Shown here: piece by piece, positions 48,807-59,214 of the stretch
Numbering within the stretch: position 1 is the stretch's first letter
Layout: the number at the start of each line of letters is the position of its first letter
Assembly: GCA_029979245.1 (NCBI GenBank)
Contig: JAPOHX010000001.1
Coordinates: 12,678 to 76,677, forward strand
Direction: 5' to 3'
DNA: 64,000 nucleotides
From: Betaproteobacteria bacterium
Lineage (GTDB): Bacteria; Pseudomonadota; Gammaproteobacteria; Burkholderiales; Burkholderiaceae_E
Position numbers and translations under genes: made by a program
The notes under the pieces: model-generated
Told to the model about the DNA's origin: nothing
Database searches by the model: none
What the model saw: only the letters and a program-made list of their open reading frames with translations

Positions 48807-50260
48807 TTGCGCCAGAACGCTGGAGTCAGCACAACGAAAAAGGTCAGCAGCTCGAGCCGGCCAGCCAGCATCGCGAAGGCCATCATCCAGGTCTGCACAT
48901 CGGACAGCGCCTGATAGTTGTTGGCCGGACCGTGAGCGCCGAGCCCCGGACCGAGATTGTTGACGCAGGCAACAACCACCGTGACCGCGGTGACGAAGTC
49001 CAGCCCGGTCGCCAGCATCGCGAACACCAGCACCGTGGTCGTCACGCCCCACAGCAGCATGAAGCCGAGCACCGCCAGGATCACGCGCTGCTCGATGACC
49101 TGTCCGCCAACCAGCAGCGGACGCACCGCACGCGGATGCATCAGGCGCAGCAGTTCATGGCCGGCCTGGCGAACCAGGATGATCGCGCGGATCATCTTGA
49201 TGCCACCACCAGTCGATCCGGCCGACGAGCCGACCGTGGCCAGCAGCATCAGCCACATCGATGCGAACAGCGGCCATTGCGCATAGTCGTCGCTCATGAA
49301 ACCGCTGGACGTGGCCAGCGACACGACGTTGAACGACGCATGCCTTAGCGACTCCTCAAAGCTCGGGTACACCCCTTGCCAGTACAGGAAGGTACCGAGC
49401 AACAGACAGCTGAACAGGATCACCGCGATGACCGAGAATGCCTCGGCATCACGCCAATACACCCGCAGCGAGCGCTGACGCAGGGCCGAAAAATGCGTCG
49501 CAAAGTTCAGCACCGCGATCATCATGAACACGATCATGATGCCCTCGACCAGCGGCGATTCGAACCCCGAAATGCTTGCGTCGCGAGTCGAAAATCCGCC
49601 AAGAGCCAGCGTGGAAAACGCATGGCACACCGACTCGAACCAGGACAGCCCCGCCGCCCGCAGGCTCAGCATGCACAGCACGGTGAGGCTCGCGTACAGC
49701 AGCCAAAGGTACTTGGCGGTCTGCGCGATGCGCGGCGTCAGCTTGCCTTCCTTGATCGGACCCGGCGTCTCCGCCTTATACAGCTGCATGCCGCCGACGC
49801 CGAGCAGCGGCAGCACCGCGACCGCCAGCACAATGATCCCCATGCCGCCGAACCACTGCAACGCATGCCGCCAGATATTCAGAGACTGCGGCAACGAATC
49901 CAGTCCGGAGAGCACCGTCGATCCGGTGGTAGTCAGACCGGACATTGCCTCGAAAAATGCGTCGGTAAAACTCAGGAGAGGTAGTTCGGTCAGAAACGGG
50001 ATCGTGGAAACCAGGGTCGCCGAGACCCAGCAGGCCACCACCAGCAGCGCGCCGTCACGCGCCTGCAGCTCGCGCCCCACGCGCCGGGTCATCGTCCACA
50101 GCAAGACGCCAACAGTGACCGCCGCGCCGGCCGCGTAGGCAAAGCCGCGATGCGCGCCGTCGCCGACCTGCAGCGACCAGCCCAAGGGCAGCGCGAACGC
50201 AAGCGAGAACAGCACCAGGAAGCCGCCCAGCACATGACCGGTGACCAGGATGCGACGCAT
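48803..50260 (-). CDS. trkH: Trk potassium uptake membrane protein
   Basis: SGLTTTG, LGGFS, SSGF, NLGPG pore loops; GGGIKM, GRLE. Confidence 0.95.
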   Translation of the reverse strand: MRRILVTGHVLGGFLVLFSLAFALPLGWSLQVGDGAHRGFAYAAGAAVTVGVLLWTMTRRVGRELQARDGALLVVACWVSATLVSTIPFLTELPLLSFTDAFFEAMSGLTTTGSTVLSGLDSLPQSLNIWRHALQWFGGMGIIVLAVAVLPLLGVGGMQLYKAETPGPIKEGKLTPRIAQTAKYLWLLYASLTVLCMLSLRAAGLSWFESVCHAFSTLALGGFSTRDASISGFESPLVEGIMIVFMMIAVLNFATHFSALRQRSLRVYWRDAEAFSVIAVILFSCLLLGTFLYWQGVYPSFEESLRHASFNVVSLATSSGFMSDDYAQWPLFASMWLMLLATVGSSAGSTGGGIKMIRAIILVRQAGHELLRLMHPRAVRPLLVGGQVIEQRVILAVLGFMLLWGVTTTVLVFAMLATGLDFVTAVTVVVACVNNLGPGLGAHGPANNYQALSDVQTWMMAFAMLAGRLELLTFFVVLTPAFWRK

Positions 50261-50271
50261 TCGCGCGGCGG

Positions 50272-51663
50272 CTAAAAGAAACGCACCCCGACCTGGAACA
50301 GCTTCTCGACCTGAGGAATCGAACGCTTGTTTTCCAGGAACACGATCACATGGTCTTCGGATTCGATGACGGTGTCGTGATGCGCGATGATGACTTCGGA
50401 CTCGCCGTTGCGACTATTGCGCACGATGGCGCCGATCGTCGCACCGCGCGGGAGATCAATTTCCTCGATGCGCCGGCCAACCACCTTCGACGACTTCGCA
50501 TCGCCGTGCGCGATCGCCTCTAGCGCCTCGGCCGCACCGCGTCGCAGCGAATGCACCGCGACGATATCGCCACGCCGAACGTGCGTAAGCAACTGCCCGA
50601 TCGTGGTCTGTGCTGGAACGATCGCGATGTCGATCTTGCTGTCGAGCATCAGTTCGGCGTAGGCGACGCGATTGATCAGAGCAATCACTCTCCTGGCACC
50701 CATCCGACGGGCCAGCATGCACGACATGATGTTGTTCTCATCGTCATTGGTCAGTGCAATGAACAAGTCCATCTCGCCGACGCTTTCGTCAGCGAGCAGT
50801 TCTTCGTTGGTCGAGTCGCCATTGAGCACCAGCGTGGACGACGGCAGCTGACTGGCCAGGTACTCGCAGCGGCGCTGGCTATGCTCGACCAGCTTGACCT
50901 CGTAGCGGCTACCCAGCGCGCGCGCTAGGCGCAGTCCGATATTGCCGCCGCCGGCGATCATGATCCGGCGCACCGGCTTGTCCATACGACGCAGGTCGGA
51001 CAAGGCGGTGCGGATGTGCTCGGATGCAGCCAGCAGAAAGACCTCGTCACCCGCCTCGATCAGCGTGTCGCCGTCCGGCGTGATCGGACGGTCGCCACGA
51101 AAAATCGCCACAACGCGCAGATCGACGCTCGGATGGTACTGACGCAGATCGCGGATCGGATGCTGCACGAGCGGTCCGCCCGCATAGGCGCGCACCGCGA
51201 TCAGGCTGACGCGCCCATCGCCGAACTGCAGCACCTGCAGCGCCTCGGGAAACTCGATCAGCTTGAAGATGTAATCGCAGACCGTCTGCTCGGGGCAGAT
51301 CAGGTGATCGACGTAAAAACCGCCGGTGCCGGTGATTTCTGGATGGTCCTGGAACTCCGGCGCGCGCACCCGTGCGATCCGGGTCGGAATGTTGAACACC
51401 CGGGCAGCGAGCTGACAGGCCACCAGATTGGTCTCGTCCTTGGCCGCTGTGGCGATCAGCATGTCAGCGTCTTCGGCGCCGGCATGCTCAAGCGTGGTCG
51501 GATGCGTGCCGTTGCCGGCGACAGTACGCAAGTCGAGTCGATCCTGCAGCAGCGCGAGACGCTCCGGATCGGTGTCGACCACCGTGATGTCGTTCAGTTC
51601 GGAGACAAGGCTTGCAGCAACGGATTCGCCGACCCGGCCTGCGCCCAGGATGATGATCTTCAA
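50272..51663 (-). CDS. trkA: Trk potassium uptake NAD-binding subunit
   Basis: TTG start; KIIILGAGRVG and IAGGGNIG RCK domains. Confidence 0.95.
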   Translation of the reverse strand: MKIIILGAGRVGESVAASLVSELNDITVVDTDPERLALLQDRLDLRTVAGNGTHPTTLEHAGAEDADMLIATAAKDETNLVACQLAARVFNIPTRIARVRAPEFQDHPEITGTGGFYVDHLICPEQTVCDYIFKLIEFPEALQVLQFGDGRVSLIAVRAYAGGPLVQHPIRDLRQYHPSVDLRVVAIFRGDRPITPDGDTLIEAGDEVFLLAASEHIRTALSDLRRMDKPVRRIMIAGGGNIGLRLARALGSRYEVKLVEHSQRRCEYLASQLPSSTLVLNGDSTNEELLADESVGEMDLFIALTNDDENNIMSCMLARRMGARRVIALINRVAYAELMLDSKIDIAIVPAQTTIGQLLTHVRRGDIVAVHSLRRGAAEALEAIAHGDAKSSKVVGRRIEEIDLPRGATIGAIVRNSRNGESEVIIAHHDTVIESEDHVIVFLENKRSIPQVEKLFQVGVRFF

Positions 51664-51685
51664 GTTAGACTTTCCCGGGCAGTGC

Positions 51686-52420
51686 TCAGCCGCCGGACTT
51701 CCGATAAGCGCCGCGCGAAAGATCGATGCCCAGCTGCTTGAGTTTTCGGTAAAGGTGGGTGCGTTCCAGACCGGTGCGCTCGGCAACGCGAGTCATGCTG
51801 CCCTGCTCACGCGCGAGATGATGCTCGAAGTAGGCCCGCTCGAATGCGTCGCGGGCCTCGCGCAGCGGCAGATCGATCGGCAAGTCGCGCAGCAACACCG
51901 ACGCCGGAGCGCCCGCGCGAAGATCGGCGTCGGCCGGCTGACTCGCGAACTGCACCGTGTCTGTCTGGGTGGCACTGACGCCCGATACAAACGCGGGTGC
52001 CGCGACGGCGACCGCCTGCGGCGCAGCCGCAATCGCGCGCGAGGCGGGTGCGTTCTTGTTGCGCGCCAGCCCCTGCTCAACCGCCTTGAGCAGCTTCTGC
52101 AACGCAATGGGCTTTTCCAGGAAGTCGAGCGCGCCAATGCGCGTCGCCTCCACCGCAGTGTCAATCGTGGCGTGGCCAGACATCATGATGACCGGCATCG
52201 TCAGCTTCCCGCCGGCGGCCCACTCTTTGAGCAGCGTGACACCGTCCGTGTCGGGCATCCAGATGTCGAGCAACACCAGGTCGAGCGGACTTTCCTCGCG
52301 CACCTTGCGCGCTTGTTGCGCACTTTCGGCGAGCAATACCGAATGCCCTTCGTCGCCGAGGATTTCCGAGAGCAACTCCCGGATGCCCACCTCGTCGTCA
52401 ACCACCAAAATTTCAGCCAT
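51686..52420 (-). CDS. NtrX/PlrR-like response regulator (REC + Fis-type HTH, no AAA+ domain)
   Basis: VVDDE, LDIWMPD phospho-Asp, EKP; GLERTHLYRKL HTH. Confidence 0.88.
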   Translation of the reverse strand: MAEILVVDDEVGIRELLSEILGDEGHSVLLAESAQQARKVREESPLDLVLLDIWMPDTDGVTLLKEWAAGGKLTMPVIMMSGHATIDTAVEATRIGALDFLEKPIALQKLLKAVEQGLARNKNAPASRAIAAAPQAVAVAAPAFVSGVSATQTDTVQFASQPADADLRAGAPASVLLRDLPIDLPLREARDAFERAYFEHHLAREQGSMTRVAERTGLERTHLYRKLKQLGIDLSRGAYRKSGG

Positions 52421-54731
52421 CGGAGCGGTCTCGATCCTTCACCACGGATTCAAGGGGTCGATTGTCCACGGATTTGGCCAATTTCGTAAATAGGATCGAG
52501 ACCTGGGCCCCGAGCACCTGTCCAGCATCATCAAGTCGATTGACCAAATCAATGCGCGCGCCGTGCTCATCGACGATCTTGCGAACGATCGCCAACCCGA
52601 GTCCGGTGCCTCGCGCCTTGCTGGTCACGTAAGGCTCGAAGGCCCGCGCCAGCATCGCCGGCGCAAAGCCGCTGCCGTTGTCTCGCACTCGCAGGCGCAC
52701 CACCTGATGGCCGTCAGCCATCTTCAGCGATGCCGTGCTGACGATGATTTCCGGGTGCTCGGTTTTTTCAGCCGCCTCAAGCGCATTCTTGAGCAGGTTG
52801 TGCACCACCTGGCGAAGTTGGGTCGCATCGCCAAGCACCGGTTCGAGCGGATGGCCCAGCTCCAGCCGGATCGCCGCATTGTTCGCGGGTGCCGAATACA
52901 GCCGCAACACGTCCTCGACCAGCTCGTTCAGGTTCAGCGGCACCAGGCGCGCCGCCGGCAGACGCGCGTAGTTGCGGAATTCATCGACCATCGCCTTGAG
53001 CGCGGCGACCTGATTGACGATGGTGCGTGAATTCTTCTCAAGCAGTTCGGCGTCAGGGCCGGTGAGCTTGTCGCGCAGCTTCAGATGGGTGCGCTCGGCA
53101 GCAAGCTGGATCGGCGTCAGGGGATTGGTGATCTCGTGCGCGAGCCGGCGCGCCACCTCCGCCCAGGCGACCGCCCTTTGCGCCGAGATGACCGCACTGA
53201 TGTCATCGAACACGATCACATAGCCGGCCCGGCTTTCACTCAAGGTCGAGCCGCGCGCAAGCAGCGTCTGCTCGGTCTGCGCAGGCACCGAGCCTGCGGC
53301 CGGCTCATCGGCTCGCGATGCGCGCGTCAGCACATACTGACGCTGCCAGCTGCCGGAGCCGGCTGCCGCCTGTTCGACGAAGGCGGCACGGATCTCGTCG
53401 GCCAGCGCCCCGACGCGCGGCAACTGCGCAAGTTCGTCGCCAAGATGCACGGCCAGTTCCGCGCCGAGGATGCGGTCCGCGCCGGGATTGGCCAGCATCA
53501 AGCGCCACTGGGCATCGAGCACCATCACCCCGGCATCCAGGTTGATCAGCACGCTTTGGAGTTGCGCATGCGCGCTCTCGAGCTCGCGCTGATTGCGATC
53601 GACCAGTGCCCGCGCATCCTGCAGCTGCCGGGTCATTTCATTGAACGACCGGGTCAGCACGCCAAGCTCGTCGCGGCCGGTGTAGTCCTTGACCTGCCTG
53701 AAGTTGCCCTCGGCGACCGAGCGGGTCGCCGCTGCCAGTTCGGCCAGCGGACCAACCAGCCAGCCGGCCAGCAGGAATGCGCCGGCGACCGCCGCAAACA
53801 GCGTCAGCAGGAAAGTCAGCGTCAACGTCGTGCGAAAGATCCGCTTCAGACCGGCACGCGCCAGCGATAGCTCCTGGAAGTCGCGATACCCCTGCTGGAC
53901 TGCATCCGCGTTGTCCTCCAGTGCAGTGGGCACCGCCTGGACCAACTGCAGAAAGCGAGTCTCTTCGAGCAGCTGCCCCGGCGCATCGATCGCTGTAATC
54001 ACCCGCATCTGCAGCGTGTTCGAACCACTGCCCGTCCCGATGCCCTCGACGCGCGCGTAATGGCGGGTCAGACGCGCCTGGCGCAGCGCTTCGGAGGGCG
54101 GCAGCTCCGGCAGCAGCTGCGTCAGGCGGCTCGAGCTGGCGGCCACCACGCGGCCGCCTCCGGTCACTACCAGGGCGTCCGGCACCCGCAACTGTCCGCG
54201 GATACGCGACAGCGCAGCGGGTAGCATCGCGGGCCCGGCATCGCCGAGTTCGGACGCCATCAGCGAGGCCTTTTGCGACAGGTCGGCCAGCTGCGCATCC
54301 AGCGAAGCGCGCGCCAGGCTCATGCCGGAATCCAGGGCCCGCTCCAGAGGCACGTCGAACCAGGATTCGATCGAACGCCCGACGAACTGCACCGCGACTA
54401 CAAAGACCAGCACCACCGGCACGACGGTCATCAGGATGAACGCGCCCGCCATCCGCGCCATCAGCCTGGTGCCGAACAGGCGTCGGCGATAGCGCGCGAC
54501 CAGCCGGCGAAGCAATTCGAACACCAGCACCACGATGACGCCGCCGACCGCAATCGTGATCCACAGCAACACCGGATAGTGACGCTCGAACAGGCGCGTG
54601 TTGCCACTGGCGGTGGCCAATAGGACCAGCAGCACCACTGAGATCGCGACCGACACGATCAGCGCGGCCCGCAGCACCCGCGTGATCGCGCGCCTGTCGC
54701 GATCTAGGGATTGAACGGGACGGTTTTCCAT
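52413..54731 (-). CDS. NtrY/PlrS-like sensor histidine kinase (start uncertain; GTG at 54677 is an alternative)
   Basis: Three N-terminal TM helices, HAMP (DELGVLTRSFN), PAS-like region, LAHEITNPL H-box, DNGSG, GTGLG. Confidence 0.88.
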   Translation of the reverse strand: MENRPVQSLDRDRRAITRVLRAALIVSVAISVVLLVLLATASGNTRLFERHYPVLLWITIAVGGVIVVLVFELLRRLVARYRRRLFGTRLMARMAGAFILMTVVPVVLVFVVAVQFVGRSIESWFDVPLERALDSGMSLARASLDAQLADLSQKASLMASELGDAGPAMLPAALSRIRGQLRVPDALVVTGGGRVVAASSSRLTQLLPELPPSEALRQARLTRHYARVEGIGTGSGSNTLQMRVITAIDAPGQLLEETRFLQLVQAVPTALEDNADAVQQGYRDFQELSLARAGLKRIFRTTLTLTFLLTLFAAVAGAFLLAGWLVGPLAELAAATRSVAEGNFRQVKDYTGRDELGVLTRSFNEMTRQLQDARALVDRNQRELESAHAQLQSVLINLDAGVMVLDAQWRLMLANPGADRILGAELAVHLGDELAQLPRVGALADEIRAAFVEQAAAGSGSWQRQYVLTRASRADEPAAGSVPAQTEQTLLARGSTLSESRAGYVIVFDDISAVISAQRAVAWAEVARRLAHEITNPLTPIQLAAERTHLKLRDKLTGPDAELLEKNSRTIVNQVAALKAMVDEFRNYARLPAARLVPLNLNELVEDVLRLYSAPANNAAIRLELGHPLEPVLGDATQLRQVVHNLLKNALEAAEKTEHPEIIVSTASLKMADGHQVVRLRVRDNGSGFAPAMLARAFEPYVTSKARGTGLGLAIVRKIVDEHGARIDLVNRLDDAGQVLGAQVSILFTKLAKSVDNRPLESVVKDRDRSDG

Positions 54732-55279
54732 TCCGACTGCAAGGTCCAGTCGCGGCTGGTCAGCGCGCTGATCTGGAAGGGCTTGGGCAGCAGCGACGAG
54801 TCGAGTCTGAGCCGCACGCGCGCCTCGAACAGGATGCCCGGCTGCATCTTGCCAATATCCATCACCCGCCAGTTGCGCACCTGCCCCAGCGCCGCCAACG
54901 CCTGCCCAAGCGTCTCGTAAGAGCGCATCCAGTCATCGCCGGTCAGCCGGTATTCGCGGGTCAGTGCGTGATAGCTGAGCCGCAGCACGCGCTGTGTCTC
55001 GACCGCGCGGGCATCCCACCAGTACCAACGTGGTCGCAGCAGCTCGAACTCGAGGCTAAACGGCAGCGTGACGCCGCGATTGATCGCATCCTGCTGATGA
55101 GCGGCCAGTTCGACGCGAAAATCCGCCGACACAACCCAGCCGGCGCTTTCGGGTGCACGTTGCATCTGGACGGCGCCGACGCTGATGCCATCGCTGGCCC
55201 GCGCCTGCGATGACAGCCCGAGGCTGGCCGTACACACGAGGACCAGCAGCATCAGCGCCCGGATTCGGCTGGCAGTCAC
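54704..55279 (-). CDS. DUF4390 domain protein
   Basis: Signal peptide, LLRPRWYWWD, LSYHALTREY, LPKPFQI. Confidence 0.85.
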   Translation of the reverse strand: MTASRIRALMLLVLVCTASLGLSSQARASDGISVGAVQMQRAPESAGWVVSADFRVELAAHQQDAINRGVTLPFSLEFELLRPRWYWWDARAVETQRVLRLSYHALTREYRLTGDDWMRSYETLGQALAALGQVRNWRVMDIGKMQPGILFEARVRLRLDSSLLPKPFQISALTSRDWTLQSEWKTVPFNP

Positions 55280-56628
55280 GGGCGTTTGGAGATCAGTGCG
55301 TAAAAGAAACCATCATGGTCACGTCGGGGTTCCGAACACGGTCTGAGTTGCCCCAGCGGGGTTTGCTGCTCGTCACCCTCCCAGTGCCAGGCCAGCGGTT
55401 CACGCAGCGCATCGGGATGGGTAGACAAAAAGCCGCTGACGACCCGTTCCCCCTCCGCCTGAAACACCGAGCAGGTGGCATAGAGCAATTTACCACCCGG
55501 CTCCAGCAAGGGCCAAAGCGCGGCCAGCATTTCCGACTGCTGCCGGGAAAGTGTCGCAAGATCGCGACGACGCCGCAGCCAGCGAATCTCGGGATGACGA
55601 CGCACGATGCCCGACGCCGAACAGGGCGCATCGAGCAAGATGCGCTGGAACGGCTTGCCGTCCCACCAGGCCGACGGATTGGCGGCATCGGCCGCACGCA
55701 GGCTTGCGCGCAATCCGAGCCGGACGAGATTTTCGTCGACCCGCGCAAGGCGCTGCGGATCGGAATCGATCGCGGTCAACTCGCAGTCGGCCAGTTCAAG
55801 CAGGTGGGTGGTCTTGCCGCCCGGCGCGGCGCAGGCATCGAGCACTCGCATGCCATCGCCAACTTGCAGCAGCGGCGCCGCAAGCTGCGCGGCCAGATCC
55901 TGCACGCTGATCAGCCCATCGGCAAAGCCCGGTAAGCGTGCGACATCACATGGCGCGTCAAGCCGGATCGCCTGCGGACCGAGCACCACACCGTTCATGT
56001 TCATCTGCGCCAAAAGACGCAAGTAAGTATTCACATCAACGCGGCGTTGATTGACCCGTAGCGTCATCGGCGGGGGCAGATTGTCGGCCTCAAGAATCTG
56101 CGCCCAGTGCTGTGGATGATCCCGACGCAGCTGCTCGATCCACCAGGCAGGGTGGTTCCAGCGGCCTTCGGGGGTGGCCATCGCAGCCTCGAGCAGCAGA
56201 TCGCGCTCGCGCAGGAAACGCCGCAAGGTTGCGTTCAGGAAGGGCGCGCCGGGGCGCATCACCGGCTGGGAACGGGCTGCCTCGACCGCCTGATCGACGA
56301 TCACCGCCTCATGACGGCGTCCGGGCTCGAGCAACTGAGCCAACACCACCAGTTGCAAGGCCGCCAGCGCAGGGGCCGGGGGGCGCGCGTTGAGCCGCGT
56401 GGCGATCGCCTCGCAACTGCCGAGCTTGCGAACCGCGTGATACGCGAACTCCTGCATCGCGCCGCGCGATACAGCCGGCAACTGCTGGGCCTTCTCGGCT
56501 GCTGCCAGTGCGGGCGGAAGCAGATGGCCGGCGCGTACCTGCGCGAGTGCCGCGGACGCCGCGAGCAACTCCCGCGCCAGCGGGGCACGCAAGCCCCCCG
56601 CAGGCGGGGCGCCGGCCGCGTCGGTCAT
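55276..56628 (-). CDS. rsmB: 16S rRNA m5C967 methyltransferase
   Basis: [33 protein letters not shown]. Confidence 0.95.
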   Translation of the reverse strand: MTDAAGAPPAGGLRAPLARELLAASAALAQVRAGHLLPPALAAAEKAQQLPAVSRGAMQEFAYHAVRKLGSCEAIATRLNARPPAPALAALQLVVLAQLLEPGRRHEAVIVDQAVEAARSQPVMRPGAPFLNATLRRFLRERDLLLEAAMATPEGRWNHPAWWIEQLRRDHPQHWAQILEADNLPPPMTLRVNQRRVDVNTYLRLLAQMNMNGVVLGPQAIRLDAPCDVARLPGFADGLISVQDLAAQLAAPLLQVGDGMRVLDACAAPGGKTTHLLELADCELTAIDSDPQRLARVDENLVRLGLRASLRAADAANPSAWWDGKPFQRILLDAPCSASGIVRRHPEIRWLRRRRDLATLSRQQSEMLAALWPLLEPGGKLLYATCSVFQAEGERVVSGFLSTHPDALREPLAWHWEGDEQQTPLGQLRPCSEPRRDHDGFFYALISKRP

Positions 56629-57476
56629 CGACCGCCGATCGACATCGCCATCAGCCGACGGATCCGCTCCTCGGTGGCCGGGTGGGTGGAGAACAGGCCT
56701 CGCAGCCCACCGCCCGACAGCGGATTGACGATCATCATCTGCGCGGTTTCAGGATGTCGCTCGGTGGCGTCGAGCGGAATGCCCTGCGCGTAGCGCTGGA
56801 TCTTGTCGAGCGCCGAGGCCAGTGCATGCGGATCGCCGGAGATCTCGGCGCCGCCGCGATCCGCCTCGAACTCGCGCGCGCGGGAAATGGCCATCTGGAT
56901 CAGTGCGCCCGCGATCGGCGCGAGCAAAGCCACCAGGATGCCGGCGATCGGATTGGCCGGACGGCCCTCGGAATCGCGCCCGCCGAACAGCAGCGCAAAA
57001 TTGGCCAGCGCCGAGATCGCACCAGCCATCGTGGCAGAGATCGTCGAGATCAGAATGTCGCGATGTTTGACGTGCGCCAGTTCATGGGCCATCACCCCGC
57101 GCAGCTCGCGCGCTGACAACACTCGCAGGATGCCGGTGGTGGCGGCGACCGCTGCATGCTCCGGATTGCGGCCGGTGGCAAATGCGTTCGGTGCCTCCTC
57201 TTCGATCAGGTAGACACGCGGCATCGGCAGCTGCGCCCGCTCGGCGAGCTCTCGCACCATGCCGTAGAACTGCGGCGCGCTGGTTTCGTCGACCTCCTGC
57301 GCGTTGTACATGCGCAGCACCATCTTGTCGGAAAACCAGTAGGCAAAGAAGTTGGACAGCAGCGCGAAACCGAGCGCCAGCAACATGCCCGACTTGCCGC
57401 CCATCGCCGCGCCGAGGACACCGAACAATGCGGTGATCGCCGCCATCAGCATCGCCGTCTTCATCCAGTTGAACAT
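56625..57476 (-). CDS. htpX: Zinc metalloprotease HtpX
   Basis: [13 protein letters not shown] (HExxH), [14 protein letters not shown]. Confidence 0.95.
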   Translation of the reverse strand: MFNWMKTAMLMAAITALFGVLGAAMGGKSGMLLALGFALLSNFFAYWFSDKMVLRMYNAQEVDETSAPQFYGMVRELAERAQLPMPRVYLIEEEAPNAFATGRNPEHAAVAATTGILRVLSARELRGVMAHELAHVKHRDILISTISATMAGAISALANFALLFGGRDSEGRPANPIAGILVALLAPIAGALIQMAISRAREFEADRGGAEISGDPHALASALDKIQRYAQGIPLDATERHPETAQMMIVNPLSGGGLRGLFSTHPATEERIRRLMAMSIGGR

Positions 57477-57528
57477 CGCTCGCCTCCGGGTTGGACCAGG
57501 CCGGCCGGTGCCGCCTGGTCAATACTTG

Positions 57529-57557
57529 ATATGGTTGCTGCCTGTGTCGCGTTCAAG
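57529..57557 (-). promoter_or_regulatory. RpoH (sigma32) promoter upstream of htpX
   Basis: CTTGAA (57557-57552)-N15-AACCATAT (57536-57529), matching CTTGAA-N13-17-CCCCATNT. Confidence 0.65.
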
Positions 57558-57568
57558 ACCCGGACATT

Positions 57569-58543
57569 TCATCCGGGCGGCCTGTCAGCCGCCGGATCAG
57601 GCGGCGACAGGAAGCGTTCGCCGGCCTGGATCGCAAAACCGCGCAGGAAATCAGCCAGTGCGAGCCGACGCCCGCCCGGCTTTTGCAGCTCCAGCAAGGA
57701 CAGCACCCCCTGCCCGCAGGCGACCAGCAGGCCGTCATCGCCGGCCTGCAGCACCGTGCCCGGCTGGGCGCCAGCGCTCGGCAGCGCAAGCGCCCGGGCG
57801 CGCCACAGCTTGATCGGCTCAGCGATGCGCGCCATGCGCAGTTGCGTGCCTGGAAACGGGTCGAAGGCACGCACCTTGTCGGCCAGCCGGTCTGCCGGCA
57901 AGCCCCAGTCGAGCATGGTCTCCGATTTCGTGATCTTGGCTGCGTAGGTGACGCCCTGCACGGGCTGCGCCACCGGCTTTAGCGTCCCGGCCTGCAGTGC
58001 CTCGAGGGCCTGGACGATCATCGCGGCGCCGAGCTCGGCAAGACGATCATGCAAGCTGGCGGCCGACTCTTGCGGACCGATCGGCAACTCGCGGGCGCTG
58101 AGCATCGGCCCGGTGTCCAGACCCTCGTCCATTTGCATGATCGTGATGCCGCTGGTCCGGTCGCCAGCCTCGATCGCCCGCTGGATCGGCGCTGCGCCGC
58201 GCCAGCGCGGCAGCAGCGATGCATGGATGTTGATGCAGCCATGACGCGCGGCGCGCAAAACCTCGGTCGGCAGAATCAAACCATAGGCGGCCACGATGAT
58301 CGCGTCGGCGTCAACTGCAGCGATCTGGGCCTGCACCTCGGGATCGCGAAGCGTGCGCGGCTGCAGCACCGGCACTCCGGCCTGCAACGCACGCTTTTTG
58401 ACCGGACTGGCCTGCAGTTTCTGGCCGCGCCCGGCCGGCTGATCGGCGCGCGTCAGCACGAGTTCGAGCTGATGCCCGGCCTCAAGCAGCGATGAGAGGG
58501 CGCGCTCGGCGAACTCCGGCGTGCCTGCGAAGATCAGTCTCAG
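57569..58543 (-). CDS. fmt: Methionyl-tRNA formyltransferase; N-terminus starts at a CTG codon
   Basis: CTG AGA CTG ATC TTC GCA GGC ACG CCG GAG TTC = (M)[10 protein letters not shown]; [22 protein letters not shown]. Confidence 0.92.
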   Translation of the reverse strand: MRLIFAGTPEFAERALSSLLEAGHQLELVLTRADQPAGRGQKLQASPVKKRALQAGVPVLQPRTLRDPEVQAQIAAVDADAIIVAAYGLILPTEVLRAARHGCINIHASLLPRWRGAAPIQRAIEAGDRTSGITIMQMDEGLDTGPMLSARELPIGPQESAASLHDRLAELGAAMIVQALEALQAGTLKPVAQPVQGVTYAAKITKSETMLDWGLPADRLADKVRAFDPFPGTQLRMARIAEPIKLWRARALALPSAGAQPGTVLQAGDDGLLVACGQGVLSLLELQKPGGRRLALADFLRGFAIQAGERFLSPPDPAADRPPG

Positions 58544-59046
58544 GCGGCCTCGCGATCGCTCTTGAGCATCTTGGTGCGAATGCGGGTTTGCTTGAGTCGC
58601 GACAGGTACTGCACGAACACCCGTCCGTTCAGATGGTCGATTTCATGCTGCAGGCAGACCGCAAGCAAGCCGTCGGCCTGCAGCTCGAAGGGCTTGCCGT
58701 GCTCATCCAAGGCGCGCACGCGCACCGAGGCCGGACGCTCCACATCTTCGTAGATGCCGGGAACCGACAGGCAGCCTTCTTCGTAGACCCGTTTCTCGCC
58801 ACCGGAGTCGAGGATTTCCGGATTGATGAACACCTTGAGCTGGTTCTTGGTCTCGGACACGTCGATGACGATCACCCGCTGGTGAACATCGACCTGCGTG
58901 GCCGCCAGGCCGATCCCGGGGGCTTCGTACATCGTCTCGGCCATGGCCGAGACCAGCTCGCGCAGCGCGTCGTCGAAGACCTCCACCGGCTTGGCGATCG
59001 TGTGCAGGCGAGCGTCGGGGTATTTGAGAATTTGCAGTGCGGCCAT
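58540..59046 (-). CDS. def: Peptide deformylase
   Basis: [20 protein letters not shown]. Confidence 0.96.
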   Translation of the reverse strand: MAALQILKYPDARLHTIAKPVEVFDDALRELVSAMAETMYEAPGIGLAATQVDVHQRVIVIDVSETKNQLKVFINPEILDSGGEKRVYEEGCLSVPGIYEDVERPASVRVRALDEHGKPFELQADGLLAVCLQHEIDHLNGRVFVQYLSRLKQTRIRTKMLKSDREAA

Positions 59047-59214
59047 CGGCTAAACCCTACCGTCCGTTCCTGTTCAAACTTGCGGCATCAAGGGATTACT
59101 TGCAGAATTTAAGGCGATTTCTGACATTTCAAGCCCGGGCTTGTCCGGGCGTCGGTCGAGCAAGGCCGGGGTCGGAACCCATGCGCAGACCCTTTCCGAG
59201 AGGCCGCTAGCAGC

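Noticed and set aside
51686-52420. NtrX lacking the AAA+ domain as a novelty
   Set aside because: This is the known betaproteobacterial form (Neisseria NtrX, Bordetella PlrR).
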